NCBI RefSeq assembly: GCF_001194135.2
Contig: NC_068981.1
Location: 11,862,582-11,896,982, forward strand
Source of the DNA: Octopus bimaculoides
Taxonomy: Eukaryota
Direction: 5' to 3'
Length of the DNA stretch: 34,401 nt
The notes beneath the pieces are model-generated. The model was given only the letters and a program-made list of their open reading frames with translations, ran no database searches and had not been told where the DNA came from. Of the stretch, positions 1 to 12,105 are shown one piece after another; position 1 is the first letter of the stretch, and each line of letters opens with the position of its first letter. A program made the position numbers and the translations under genes.

Positions 1-485
1 TATATATATATATATATTTATACAAAGGTGAAAGAGAGAAAGAGATATCATGAAATGGGTGAAATCGTTGCCTGTTTGTTCTCGTGAAATGGCTTCCTTA
101 TTAATTACACTTAGTTTATGTGTGATATACAAGGAAGCAATACAAGCTAGATTCCTTGGAGTAATATATTTCTTCTAAATAACCACAAAGACTACAGGAC
201 TGATGAATATATAGTTGACTGCACTGACCCCTGTCCACATATATATTAATAAACACAGACACAGAACCACTCTCCCACTTACACACATAAACTGATACAA
301 ACATAACTATATATATACACACACACNNNNNNNNNNNNNNNNNNNNNNNNNNNNNNNNNNNNNNNNNNNNNNNNNNNNNNNNNNNNNNNNNNNNNNNNNN
401 NNNNNNNNNNNNNNNNNNNNNNNNNNTGTCTTTTTGATTATCTCTTTTTCATTTTCTTCTTAGTTCTTATTATACTCTTAGGTAT

Positions 486-1052
<567 letters not shown>

Positions 1053-1568
1053 ACACAACTTCTGCGTGTGTTCGGACTATCTTTGTACAGGGGCATCTGG
1101 ACTCTCGCCTTCGCCGTGAACTGGAGTTAATCTTTTCTCTTCGCTTCTGTGCGCCACATGGTCTCAACGCACATCCTCTCTTTATCTGACAACTACTTCC
1201 TTTCTTCACTCCTGCCTACATCCTCTCTTCACCCAATCACACAATACCTAAACACAGACAATATATACTCCCAGACAAGCACATGCACATAATAATTGAA
1301 CACAGGCTATATATCCATACCCACGAAACACGAATTAAGTAAGAACCGCTATATACATATACAAATTTAACTTACGCCTACATATAAACACCATACACCT
1401 GCACGCTCTTTGGTCACACACACACACACATGTACGCACACCACGTCTAGAAGCACACCGCAATTACTGCACTCAACACACGCACGTTACAGACGCACAC
1501 ACTCACACATCTCAAATTCACTAGTCCCTAATCACACACGCATACACGTGAACATTCACAGTCACTAT

Positions 1569-1608
<40 letters not shown>

Positions 1609-2831
1609 GCATGTGCACCTTCATTTGGAATTATCAGAATATTATTATCTCCCTTTCTTCAACCTTTTATTTCAAACTGTTTCCTAATCATTTTCTTCTA
1701 ATGCATGACCGTTAAATCTAAATGTTTTCTGCTTTCTCTCTCTGCTTATTTTCTCTTATTCCTTTCTGTTGAAGAGTTTATATGCGTATATATATGTTTG
1801 TATATATATATGTTTGTATCACGACAGAACGCACGCGTTATCTTTATACAGTAAGTTTTAACTATTTTTCTGACGCGACTCTGTCTATTTCTATCTCCCC
1901 CTCTCATTCTTCCCTCTACTGTTCTTCGCCTCTACCTGTCACTACTTCTCTTTCTCTCTCTATCTCTTGTTACTCGTCCTTCGCCTCTCACCGTTACTAC
2001 TACTATCTCTCTCTCTCTCTCTCTACCTCTCGTTGCTCACTTTTATTCTACTTCCTCCCCTCCTTTTCCCTCTGCTACTCTTTCTCTTCACACAGCCTTG
2101 GTCACGTGTGTCCGGCTTCTATTTCTTTTCATTCTTGGAATCACCAAATTCGCACGTACTTCTTTGNNNNNNNNNNNNNNNNNNNNNNNNNNNNNNNNNN
2201 NNNNNNNNNNNNNNNNNNNNNNNNNNNNNNNNNNNNNNNNNNNNNNNNNNNNNNNNNNNNNNNNNNNNNNNNNNNNNNNNNNNNNNNNNNNNNNNNNNNN
2301 NNNNNNNNNNNNNNNNNNNNNNNNNNNNNNNNNNNNNNNNNNNNNNNNNNNNNNNNNNNNNNNNNNNNNNNNNNNNNNNNNNNNNNNNNNNNNNNNNNNN
2401 NNNNNNNNNNNNNNNNNNNNNNNNNNNNNNNNNNNNNNNNNNNNNNNNNNNNNNNNNNNNNNNNNNNNNNNNNNNNNNNNNNNNNNNNNNNNNNNNNNNN
2501 NNNNNNNNNNNNNNNNNNNNNNNNNNNNNNNNNNNNNNNNNNNNNNNNNNNNNNNNNNNNNNNNNNNNNNNNNNNNNNNNNNNNNNNNNNNNNNNNNNNN
2601 NNNNNNNNNNNNNNNNNNNNNNNNNNNNNNNNNNNNNNNNNNNNNNNNNNNNNNNNNNNNNNNNNNNNNNNNNNNNNNNNNNNNNNNNNNNNNNNNNNNN
2701 NNNNNNNNNNNNNNNNNNNNNNNNNNNNNNNNNNNNNNNNNNNNNNNNNNNNNNNNNNNNNNNNNNNNNNNNNNNNNNNNNNNNNNNNNNNNNNNNNNNN
2801 NNNNNNNNNNNNNNNNNNNNNNNNNNNNNNN

Positions 2832-2872
<41 letters not shown>

Positions 2873-3483
2873 TATTCAAAATGTAACCGCGTGTGTATCG
2901 TTGGCGATTTTCTTCCTCCATCTTCCCTTCCTTTGGACTTTCCTCTATTTCTGAAGAAGAGCTTGGCTCGAAATTTTAAATCCGCTGACCTTCCTTTCCT
3001 GAGCGTCTACTAATACAGTACTTGTTCCACGTCCTCACGTTATTGTTTTTTCTTGTTTGTTCTTCTTTGTTTGGATTCACTGTATATATACATACATATT
3101 GTTATTGTCATTGTATTTTTGTTTGATAATAGATAATGACTGGTTTGAAACAGTCAATATGTCTTCCAGAGGTCCTTATGACAGGATGAATAAAAAAACC
3201 TGGTCGATTGTTTGCTTAGTTGTGTGGTTACACAATCAGTTTCGTTCTTCTTAATACTTGCGTAGCAATTTTGTGACCTTTTTAGTGATACAACTTGCTA
3301 CACCAGGTCTCTCTCTAGGCTACAATTAGAGATGGCATGTCAGTCATGAATAATATTTTACTTTTCCCTCAGGTTTCCATATTTACACAGTGAAGTCAGA
3401 CTTAATAACTCAGTTATTCACTGTAAAGTATAGTATCTAATTCGGAATTCAGTTAAAACTTTTACACGCATATGATGTTGTAC

Positions 3484-3689
3484 ACTGATTTCAAATTTTG
3501 TCGCAAGGTAAGCAATATTGTGGGAGAAATCGATTATATCGACCACCGTGCTCAACTGGTACCTATTTTATCAACCCCTAGAAGGAAGATAAAGTTGAAC
3601 TCGTCGGTATTTGAACACAGAACGTAAACGCGCTCGAAATGCCGCTAAGCATTTTGTCTGGCGTTCTAACAAACCTGCCAACTCGCTGC
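3484..3689 (-). mobile_element. tRNA-derived SINE, family A (Meta-domain-like core)
   Basis: The reverse complement starts GCAGCGAGTTGGCAGGTTTGTTAGAACGCCAGACAAAATGCTTAGCGGCATTTCG and is homologous to the copies at 20008, 20320 and 20544. The core (...TTGATAAAATAGGTACCAGTTGAGCACGGTGGTCGATATAATCGA) resembles the MetaSINE domain as I recall it. Confidence 0.85.
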
Positions 3690-3720
3690 TTTAAAATGTC
3701 CTACTATTTAATGCTAATCG

Positions 3721-3828
<108 letters not shown>

Positions 3829-4391
3829 AGAGGTGGAGAGAGAGCATACTATAGTATTAAACCCAATTACGTAGAATTCCGCAGAAATATATAATAACAC
3901 TTGTATGTGAAGGTGACAAATTCAATAGAAAACTGACAGGTTACTTAGTAAACGTACTGAAAGCATGAAATTTGAGGTTCAAGTTATCTACTCAATTTTT
4001 ATCTTTATATATATAATATACGTAGCAATAGAAAAAAAAAACCTGCATATGAGTGCGTGCGTTCTGTGCATGCCTGTAATTGTACGTTGGTGCATGTACA
4101 CTACTGGTGACAATTATGTGTCTATTTGCACTCCTGCATGTTAGCATGTATCTGTTTATTTCTAGACATTAATATACATGTACACATAAGCGTTGGCGGA
4201 TTTACGTGCGTTGTTGCGTGGTTGCGAGCGCGAGTCTGAGCCGATGTGTGTGTGTGAATTCCTATATTTCTATTTATTTGTTTGTTTATATGTGGGCTAA
4301 TATATATAGAAAATGTATGAGCGTTTGACAATGGATTATATTGTCGTATTGAAAACGGGTACGTTATTTAAGCTGCTTAAACACAAATTCT

Positions 4392-4405
4392 CATACATAC
4401 ATACA

Positions 4406-4439
<34 letters not shown>

Positions 4440-4482
4440 CATACATATATACATACATACATACATATATACATACATATAT
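4392..4482. repeat. (ATAC)n tetranucleotide microsatellite
   Basis: Direct observation, with ATAT interruptions. Confidence 0.95.
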
Positions 4483-5843
4483 ACTGCTTGAGCAAGAGTC
4501 ATTGCCTAAAAACCTAGAATACATGCCAAAAGAAGTCACACGACTCTAGAAGTCAAATTACTATAATAAAGACATGCAAAGTAGTTTTTCTTCTAGAGTC
4601 CCTCTTAGCGTGAGGCGTTATTGTATAGTAATGCCCTTATATAAATTAAATATATTTATATGGATAAATGATGGTTTTTTTCCCCCTTATGAGTTTTGTT
4701 CACGCTAACTACTTGATACATTCTTATAAAGACTTTATCCTATTATTGAATTTTAAATAAGTAGAATATATTCAATGCTGTATATCATTCTGAAAAAAAC
4801 ACACGTACCGAAGTGTAATTCAAAAAGCCCACCTCTTTCATGGATATATAGGGATAAACAATCGTCTATGTACTTTGCTGAATACATGGAGTGGTCGTCC
4901 GGGTATGTTGATTTTTGTTTGTTTTTATGTGTCTTGACAATACGTGTACTGATAAATGAAAGATGTAGATTACTGCGTTGATTATGAAATCATGGTTTAC
5001 CGTTAAGTTAAAAGTTTTCAGGGGGTTAGATATGAGAGTTGCATTCCCTCGCGATCGGTAAAAATGTGTTTATTATANNNNNNNNNNNNNNNNNNNNNNN
5101 NNNNNNNNNNNNNNNNNNNNNNNNNNNNNNNNNNNNNNNNNNNNNNNNNNNNNNNNNNNNNNNNNNNNNNNNNNNNNNNNNNNNNNNNNNNNNNNNNNNN
5201 NNNNNNNNNNNNNNNNNNNNNNNNNNNNNNNNNNNNNNNNNNNNNNNNNNNNNNNNNNNNNNNNNNNNNNNNNNNNNNNNNNNNNNNNNNNNNNNNNNNN
5301 NNNNNNNNNNNNNNNNNNNNNNNNNNNNNNNNNNNNNNNNNNNNNNNNNNNNNNNNNNNNNNNNNNNNNNNNNNNNNNNNNNNNNNNNNNNNNNNNNNNN
5401 NNNNNNNNNNNNNNNNNNNNNNNNNNNNNNNNNNNNNNNNNNNNNNNNNNNNNNNNNNNNNNNNNNNNNNNNNNNNNNNNNNNNNNNNNNNNNNNNNNNN
5501 NNNNNNNNNNNNNNNNNNNNNNNNNNNNNNNNNNNNNNNNNNNNNNNNNNNNNNNNNNNNNNNNNNNNNNNNNNNNNNNNNNNNNNNNNNNNNNNNNNNN
5601 NNNNNNNNNNNNNNNNNNNNNNNNNNNNNNNNNNNNNNNNNNNNNNNNNNNNNNNNNNNNNNNNNNNNNNNNNNNNNNNNNNNNNNNNNNNNNNNNNNNN
5701 NNNNNNNNNNNNNNNNNNNNNNNNNNNNNNNNNNNNNNNNNNNNNNNNNNNNNNNNNNNNNNNNNNNNNNNNNNNNNNNNNNNNNNNNNNNNNNNNNNNN
5801 NNNNNNNNNNNNNNNNNNNNNNNNNNNNNNNNNNNNNNNNNNN

Positions 5844-5890
<47 letters not shown>

Positions 5891-6040
5891 AGAAAGAAAG
5901 AGAGAGAGGGAGATAGATGGGTAAATTGATTCAGTGCATAGATTTACCCTTTTTCAGTCGGTAATCTCTTAACAGAATATATGTTGTTTTCTCATCTGTG
6001 TTCGTGTATGTGGTTATATGTGTTTGTGTATGTGTCTCTC

Positions 6041-6472
6041 TGGCTGTTTGGTAAGAAATTGTCACCCCAACCACATGGTTCCGGCTTAACTTTTACTGCC
6101 TGACACCTTGGGTGGTTTCTTTCACTTCAGCCCCAAGCTGGCCAAAACTTTGTGAGATAATTTGATTGACAGAAACTGAAAGAAGTCACCCCTGTAGACA
6201 CACACGCACATATATACGCATATTAAAAATATACCTATGCATATGTGTGCGTGTACGTCTTAATGTTTGTGTTTGTCCTGAATCACCACTTAACAACAGG
6301 TGCTGGATCGTGTACCAGTTGCGCAAGAGAATCTTAGGAAACATAAGAGGCTTCAAAATTTAAAAAGAAAAAATTCTGACGTCAATTTATTCGACTAAAC
6401 CTTTAAGGAGGTATCCCAGCAATGCCGCAGTCTTACGGCTGAAATAACTTGAAGGAATATAGAATATAAAGA
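6041..6472 (+). mobile_element. SINE family B (internal microsatellite), degenerate full-length copy
   Basis: Head TGGCTGTTTGGTAAGAAATTGTCACCCCAACCACATGGTTCCGG, body ...GAAACTGAAAGAAG, internal CA/TA/TG tract, 3' end TTATTCGACTAAACCTTTAAGGAGGTATCCCAGCAATGCCGCAGTC. Colinear with the copies at 24373, 26256 and 33250. Confidence 0.8.
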
Positions 6473-6513
6473 TGATACTAGAAAATGTCAGTGTTCTGTT
6501 AATTACACTTTAC

Positions 6514-6943
6514 CTTCATTTAACTTTTAGGTTGTTCTTGTTTGCTTTGCTGTCTTTCAGAGTGACTTCCATGTCAGATGATCTTATAATTTGTAACATA
6601 CTGGACCATATTACAAAATGTCAAAGAACGTAATTGTTGCAAAGGAGCAAAGTTGGGGAAGTGATTACAGACAAACACACAGGTCCGGAATAGTCATTGC
6701 TATAGGAGTAAACACAGCACACAAGCGCCACTGACCTACTTATAACCATGCAACTCTATATTACTCGTTGAATGGGGGATGATCATGTGTTGCTATACAA
6801 TTTATTGTTAATTCCATTCTCTTGCTGTTTACTCACACATCAATGCTCACAAAGAGAATAAATTGTCACCTCTTATTACTGCTTTTATTTTGGTATATAT
6901 AGGTCTTCGTTATTTAATGTTACATTTTTTTGAAAATTCTCAA
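6514..6943 (-). pseudogene. Decayed exon-like segment resembling the C-terminal half of an XK-related protein
   Basis: Minus-strand acceptor TTTCTTTCCAG (AG at 6945-6944) and donor AAG|GTAAAG (GT at 6513-6512). Translation with stops and frameshifts gives LFSL*AL...MVISRSVALVCCVYSYSNDY...HFVIW, similar to the XKR motifs SLAWAL, SRVLAL and HW. Manual alignment only. Confidence 0.35.
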
Positions 6944-7039
6944 CTGGAAAGAAATATATGAAAGGGATTTGAATGCATTTTCCATCTGATCACACGAAGA
7001 TGTAGCTTTTCACTCACTCTTTTTTCTCTCTTTCTCTCT

Positions 7040-8030
7040 GTCTTTCTTTCGTTCTTTCGTTCTTCATTTCTTACAGGCTTTCTGTAATTCAGCTGATTCT
7101 GTAGAAATTTTACATTATTTTGCTAGAACTACTCCAGTCATAATGCATACACTTTTGACTCTACCAAACGCAACAATATTGTTTAATAATCTAATGATTC
7201 TACTTTCTGGTGTAGCTTTGAATAAAACAACAAAAAAAAAAACCTGAAGTAAATCATTGCATCATGGCGCAGAACCAATATATTAAATCAGAAATAGTAA
7301 AGAAATAAAACCCTTCCAACCAATATGCTGAATGAGAGAAGCGACAATAAAACACCAATATTACTACAGCTATTAAAAAAAAAAGTAAATAGCATGGAAC
7401 CTCTGGGAGATATTCATTGAAATACTGGGTGTGTTGCAACTAAAAACGATTATTCACGCAAGGATCTGAAATAAAACGACTAAATAACGAAAAAGCCAAA
7501 ACCCGATAATCTCTTTCGTAGAGAAAGCACCAATGGAGTTACGTGAATCATATAAAAACCTAAAGCATGAAAGCTCTTCAACGCTCTGCAGTAATATTAT
7601 ACGCTAAATGCAAACAAACAAGCAACGCTACACAAAACACCAATATTATAACGAAAATATAACTTGCAAGAATTTTACAAATACCTCACCAATGCCTGGA
7701 AAGTTTATTCGTTATACCATAGGCCTTGGTAAAGCATGCATAATTATGCTTATATTTATAGACAAATATTTATATTACCGCGCATAGATCTAAAATATAT
7801 ACGAAACACTGCAACACTAGCTTCCATGAATCTGTTGAATGTCCAATAACTCCAAGGGCGAATGAATATATCAACGAATTCATGATACTGAATATATAAA
7901 AAAAAACAAACTCAGAAACCACATTATTGGACCCCAAAAACATACTACAGAAAAGATTCACTCATAGAAATGTCAACAAAAAAGGTAATGCGCTCAAGTA
8001 GATATGATAGATATAAAACGGAAATCTGAA
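7040..8030 (-). pseudogene. XK-related (XKR-like) multi-pass membrane protein pseudogene
   Basis: Hydrophobic frames broken by stops and frameshifts: FFVDISMSESFL*YVFGVQ*CGF*VCFF (about 7983-7900), FALGVIG..FNRFMEAS, EVFVKFLQVIFSL*Y, and LYDSRNSIGAFSTKEIIGFWLFRYLVVLFQILA*IIVFS (7555-7439). The last aligns without gaps to XKR4-type [39 protein letters not shown] as recalled. Motif order is colinear with XKR. Confidence 0.5.
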
Positions 8031-8076
8031 GCACCACTAACACATAAATAACATTATGTATATATTATGTAAACGC

Positions 8077-8099
8077 ATATATATATATATATATATATC

Positions 8100-8176
<77 letters not shown>
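8077..8176. repeat. (TA)n/(TG)n microsatellite abutting an N gap
   Basis: Direct observation. Confidence 0.95.
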
Positions 8177-10176
8177 NNNNNNNNNNNNNNNNNNNNNNNN
8201 NNNNNNNNNNNNNNNNNNNNNNNNNNNNNNNNNNNNNNNNNNNNNNNNNNNNNNNNNNNNNNNNNNNNNNNNNNNNNNNNNNNNNNNNNNNNNNNNNNNN
8301 NNNNNNNNNNNNNNNNNNNNNNNNNNNNNNNNNNNNNNNNNNNNNNNNNNNNNNNNNNNNNNNNNNNNNNNNNNNNNNNNNNNNNNNNNNNNNNNNNNNN
8401 NNNNNNNNNNNNNNNNNNNNNNNNNNNNNNNNNNNNNNNNNNNNNNNNNNNNNNNNNNNNNNNNNNNACAAATGATATAATGGAGTTAGGTGATTTAACT
8501 GTATCTGTATCAATTTTGTGTAACGAATTAACATTAATCAGTATTTTATAGTCATAATCAAAGTATGATTCTACATATACTGTTGACACAATCAGGAATT
8601 CTACAGAGGATTCATACGTTTGGGATGATGAAAAACTTTAGATTCTATGAGACAGTTCTAATGACGTAATTTAGGTTACCTACACGAAGCCCATCTTTTC
8701 GGGTGGCGAATAATTAAGGAAGAGAAGAATACCAATAGCTGAGTAAATTTTCCTTTGGTTTCGTGAAAAATACTCATAGATAGTCATTGAAGTTTCAGTA
8801 GAAGAATCAGAAGATTGCCTCTAACAAGTGCATTTTTTTTATTTAGTGGGGGTGGTTTAATGATATTAATAGTATTAAAGATTAGTCTTCCGTTTAACTT
8901 ATACAAAGGAGTATTACATTATGAACAGTTTCTCTAAGAAACAAAGAGACAGGTATGGTTCCAGGTGGAGCTTCGTCACGTTTAATACAGTTTATGATGG
9001 CAATGTAATTCATCCGTATTGCACTTCGTTTCATGGGAGTTGTGCTAAAAGGTTGTATACAGCTAACTTCGCGATGTCAGAAGGAATGTTTTCTGGGCAG
9101 AAATATACTTAAATTCACATTCTTTCTTTCCTATCCTTCCTAAATATATCCCTGGTGTACAGAAACATGCACTAATGAAACCAGGCTCACGAAATTCTTG
9201 TCACCGTAGGCCCCCATGTAGAAGTAGAACCATGATCCACTTGTTTTTTTGTTAAGGCGCTTCCTACTTTGTAAAATCACAGTGATTTTCTGGTAAAATA
9301 CATATAGCACAAAGTGCAGTCTTATTTAGTTATCAAGTATATATTAGTATATCAGTAGTGGTATCATCGCAGTAGGCGAATAAAGAGGCAGTTTTTTTTC
9401 GTAATACAACGTAACCACTTCGATTACCCAATTACTGGAATGATATCATACTAATAGTGTTAAGAATACGCTTCACTACTCACAATGTTGCACGATTGAT
9501 GTTTTAAGTATCGGCCATTTTGGTTTGGGATGGTAATTAGTTGTATAGAATATAGATTACTGTAAGACGAAGAGCCCATGGAGCAAATCCGTACTAATTT
9601 CCACTCTTAACAGTATTCCTGCGATTCGGTGTTATTATGTTGCAATGTTAGTTTAACTGCATGTTTTGTTAATTCAGTTATCAACATGTTGATTTTTGCA
9701 TGATTCGTATATATTCTTTCAAAGCGAGAGTTTATACACGAGGGGTCTGTTCAATTTCTATCAGAAGATTGGCCGAAATATTTATGAAATCGTTGAAGTT
9801 TTGTTGAAACCTTATTACATTAATCTGGTCTGCTCTAACAATCCGATTTGACTGGAAGATACAACAATAAATATATATAGAAGAGCGAAAGTGTTGTAAG
9901 AAAAGGAAAAATAAGTACTACAAAGCAAGGACTGTTTAGTCCGATATGTTTCTGAATACTGTGGAAGAGCCTGTCAGTCGTCATTTGAAGTACCGCCAAA
10001 AAAACAACTTTTCTAATTTTCCTTTGGAAGCAGAGTGAACAAAGTGTGCAATGTAATGTAAAAATACATTTAGTGTAGCTAAATGAAATAAAACAGCGAT
10101 TGTTTGTCGTTTAACTTCTTTAAAAGAAATACGGAATTTCTTTTAACATTACTGAGTGTCTGCATCCTTATATAAA

Positions 10177-11086
10177 TAAACAAATATATGCTTTTGGTGC
10201 GAATGGTTTTGTTATACGACGCCGTATTTTACAATTCTGTAAATAATAATAATAGTATTTTTTATATAAGCATAAAGCATATGGCGATCACCGTGCAATG
10301 ACTAAGAAAAATAATCTAAGAAGGGGGCATTTAAGTCCTCGACAGAAAAACAAGAAGGCTTTCCTATCCACGTTAGAGTCGAACCCACATCACTTTGTTA
10401 ACGTGACTCAGTGTGTAACCTTTAGAGCAGCGAATTAGCCTACTTGTTTCTGTCAAATTTAAGAACTATATTTCTTCGTATTTGTTTTATGTAAACAAGC
10501 ATTTTATATGCTTTCGGTGAGAATGGTTTTGTTATACGGTGCTGTATTTTGCTATCCTGTAACTAATAATAATGGTATTTTTTATATAAGCTTTTTATAT
10601 GTGAAGGCGCCTGGCTCAGTGGTTAGAGCGTCGAGCTTACGATCGTGAGGTTGTGAGTTCGAATCCTGTACCGGGCTGCGTGTTGTGCTCGTCGGCAAGA
10701 CACTTTATTTCACGTTGCTCCAGTTCACTCAGCTGTAGAAATGAGTTGCGACGTCACAAGTGCGAAGCTGTGTTGGCCTTTTCCTTTCTCTTGGATAACA
10801 CTGGTGACGTAGAGAGGGGAGGCCGGTAGTATGGGTGAGTGTTGGTCTCCCATAAATAAACAACCTTGCTCGGACTTGTGCTTGGGAGGGTAACTTTCTA
10901 GGTGCTATCTCATGGTCAGTCAGACCGAAAAGGAGTCTGACTATATAAGCTAAAAGCTTATAGCGATTAACGTACATTGACTAAGGAAAATAGTCTAATA
11001 ATGGGGCATATAAACCCACAACAGAAAAAAAGAAGACTATTTTCTTTAGTCATTGCACGGTGATCGCCATAAGCTTTAAGCTTATA
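10177..11086. repeat. Composite element: ~175-bp direct duplication, 53-bp inverted arms, SINE inserted in copy 2
   Basis: 10177-10350 resembles 10491-10592 plus 10942-11030. Arms 10265-10317 and 10944-10996 are inverted relative to 11034-11086 (48/53 and 46/53 identity by manual count). Confidence 0.85.
10593..10941 (+). mobile_element. tRNA(Arg-like)-derived CORE-type SINE, full length, 10-bp TSD
   Basis: A box TGGCTCAGTGG (10612-10622), B box GAGTTCGAATCC (10655-10666), CORE-like GCAAGACACTTTATTTCACGTTGCTCCAGTTCACTCAGCTGTAGAAATGAGT. TSD TATATAAGCT at 10583-10592 and 10942-10951. Confidence 0.92.
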
Positions 11087-11182
11087 ATATCTATATATAA
11101 CACAGTATGCGTGTGTATAATGACTAACGTATACATTTCCGCAAATCACAACCGATTACACCAAGCTTAGCACACAGTGTAT

Positions 11183-11229
<47 letters not shown>

Positions 11230-11337
11230 GTGTAGACGGGATACTAGCGTTTATATGGTTACAAAGCTAGCTTCCACTGTAGTCTTGTGATCAAACCCAG
11301 GTCGCAGCACCTGTTGTNNNNNNNNNNNNNNNNNNNN

Positions 11338-11390
<53 letters not shown>
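11338..11390. repeat. (CA)n microsatellite
   Basis: Direct observation, next to an N gap. Confidence 0.97.
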
Positions 11391-11393
<3 letters not shown>

Positions 11394-11539
11394 GAAAGAC
11401 GACCACAAACACATATGCGAAGAGATACATTGTTATCTGGGAGATTTATGATAAAAAACATTTTTGTTCTTCCCGTATTGAGTGAGTTTGAATGCTATTG
11501 TTCGTAGGCTGAATGTAGCAGCAGTCAAAGGGAGATTAC

Positions 11540-11745
11540 CTGGTGTTGGTTGCTGTTGTTGTTCGTCGTAGTTTAGCTGCGGTTAGTTTGGGTCAGTAGC
11601 TATCCGCGTCTCTTCATTGTCCGTCTTGTGTCTGATCTTTCTTAATCCTCTCTCTCAAAAGTCCTCAAGTTAAGCTTAGAGAAAAAAAGGCGCGAAAAGA
11701 TATAATTCTGGCTGGAGCCAGTTTATGGCAGTCATGATTGGCTAG
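11540..11745 (-). promoter_or_regulatory. Candidate promoter plus non-coding first exon
   Basis: On the minus strand: AGCCAATCA (NF-Y consensus, 11743-11735), CCATAAA (11728-11722), TTTTCGCGCC (E2F consensus, 11698-11689), then a GC-richer stretch ending at donor CAG|GTAATC (GT at 11539-11538). Confidence 0.4.
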
Positions 11746-12014
11746 ACTATTCTATTTCGTTGGCAATATTCCAGCGAATTGTGATATCAGGTGTAGTGAT
11801 CTGACTGCTTAAAATTCCTACTACACACAAACACAACACACAGACACGCACACGCACAAACATACACACACACACACACACAGACACACACATTTATCTA
11901 TACAAATAAATTCGTATAAATTCATGTGGACGTCAGTATTACATTTATGAATGTATACATATGCATGTCTATACCTTATGTGATTTTATATGTGTATATA
12001 TATCTACAATTATT

Positions 12015-12027
12015 TATCTATCTATGA

Positions 12028-12089
<62 letters not shown>

Positions 12090-12105
12090 TTATCTATCTA
12101 TCTAT
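12015..12105. repeat. (CTAT)n microsatellite
   Basis: Direct observation. Confidence 0.97.

Noticed and set aside
1060-1260. GC-richer patch that could be an exon
   Set aside because: No convincing pair of splice sites and no recognisable peptide in any frame.
1782-3013. Longest listed ORFs (242-390 aa)
   Set aside because: They run through the N gap at 2167-2831. The same applies to ORFs across 5078-5843, 8177-8467 and 30083-30248.
6561-6629. Plus-strand 69-nt exon candidate (VTSMSDDLIICNILDHITKCQR)
   Set aside because: It overlaps the minus-strand XKR-like segment and has a weak donor. It cannot be distinguished from chance.
7077-7247. Plus-strand 56-codon frame after a long pyrimidine tract
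   Set aside because: It is the antisense shadow of the XKR-like pseudogene, and the tract is a CT/CTTT low-complexity repeat.
9105-9175. EGF-like-looking ACFCTPGIYLGRIGKKECEF on the minus strand
   Set aside because: Only three cysteines, no upstream EGF half and no splice boundaries.
9737-9770. CACGAGGGGTCTGTTCAA resembling a mariner TIR
   Set aside because: No matching inverted end or TA duplication was found.
10606-10680. tRNA-like sequences (also at 13633 and 21548)
   Set aside because: No paired acceptor stem, and they continue into SINE bodies. They are SINE heads, not tRNA genes.
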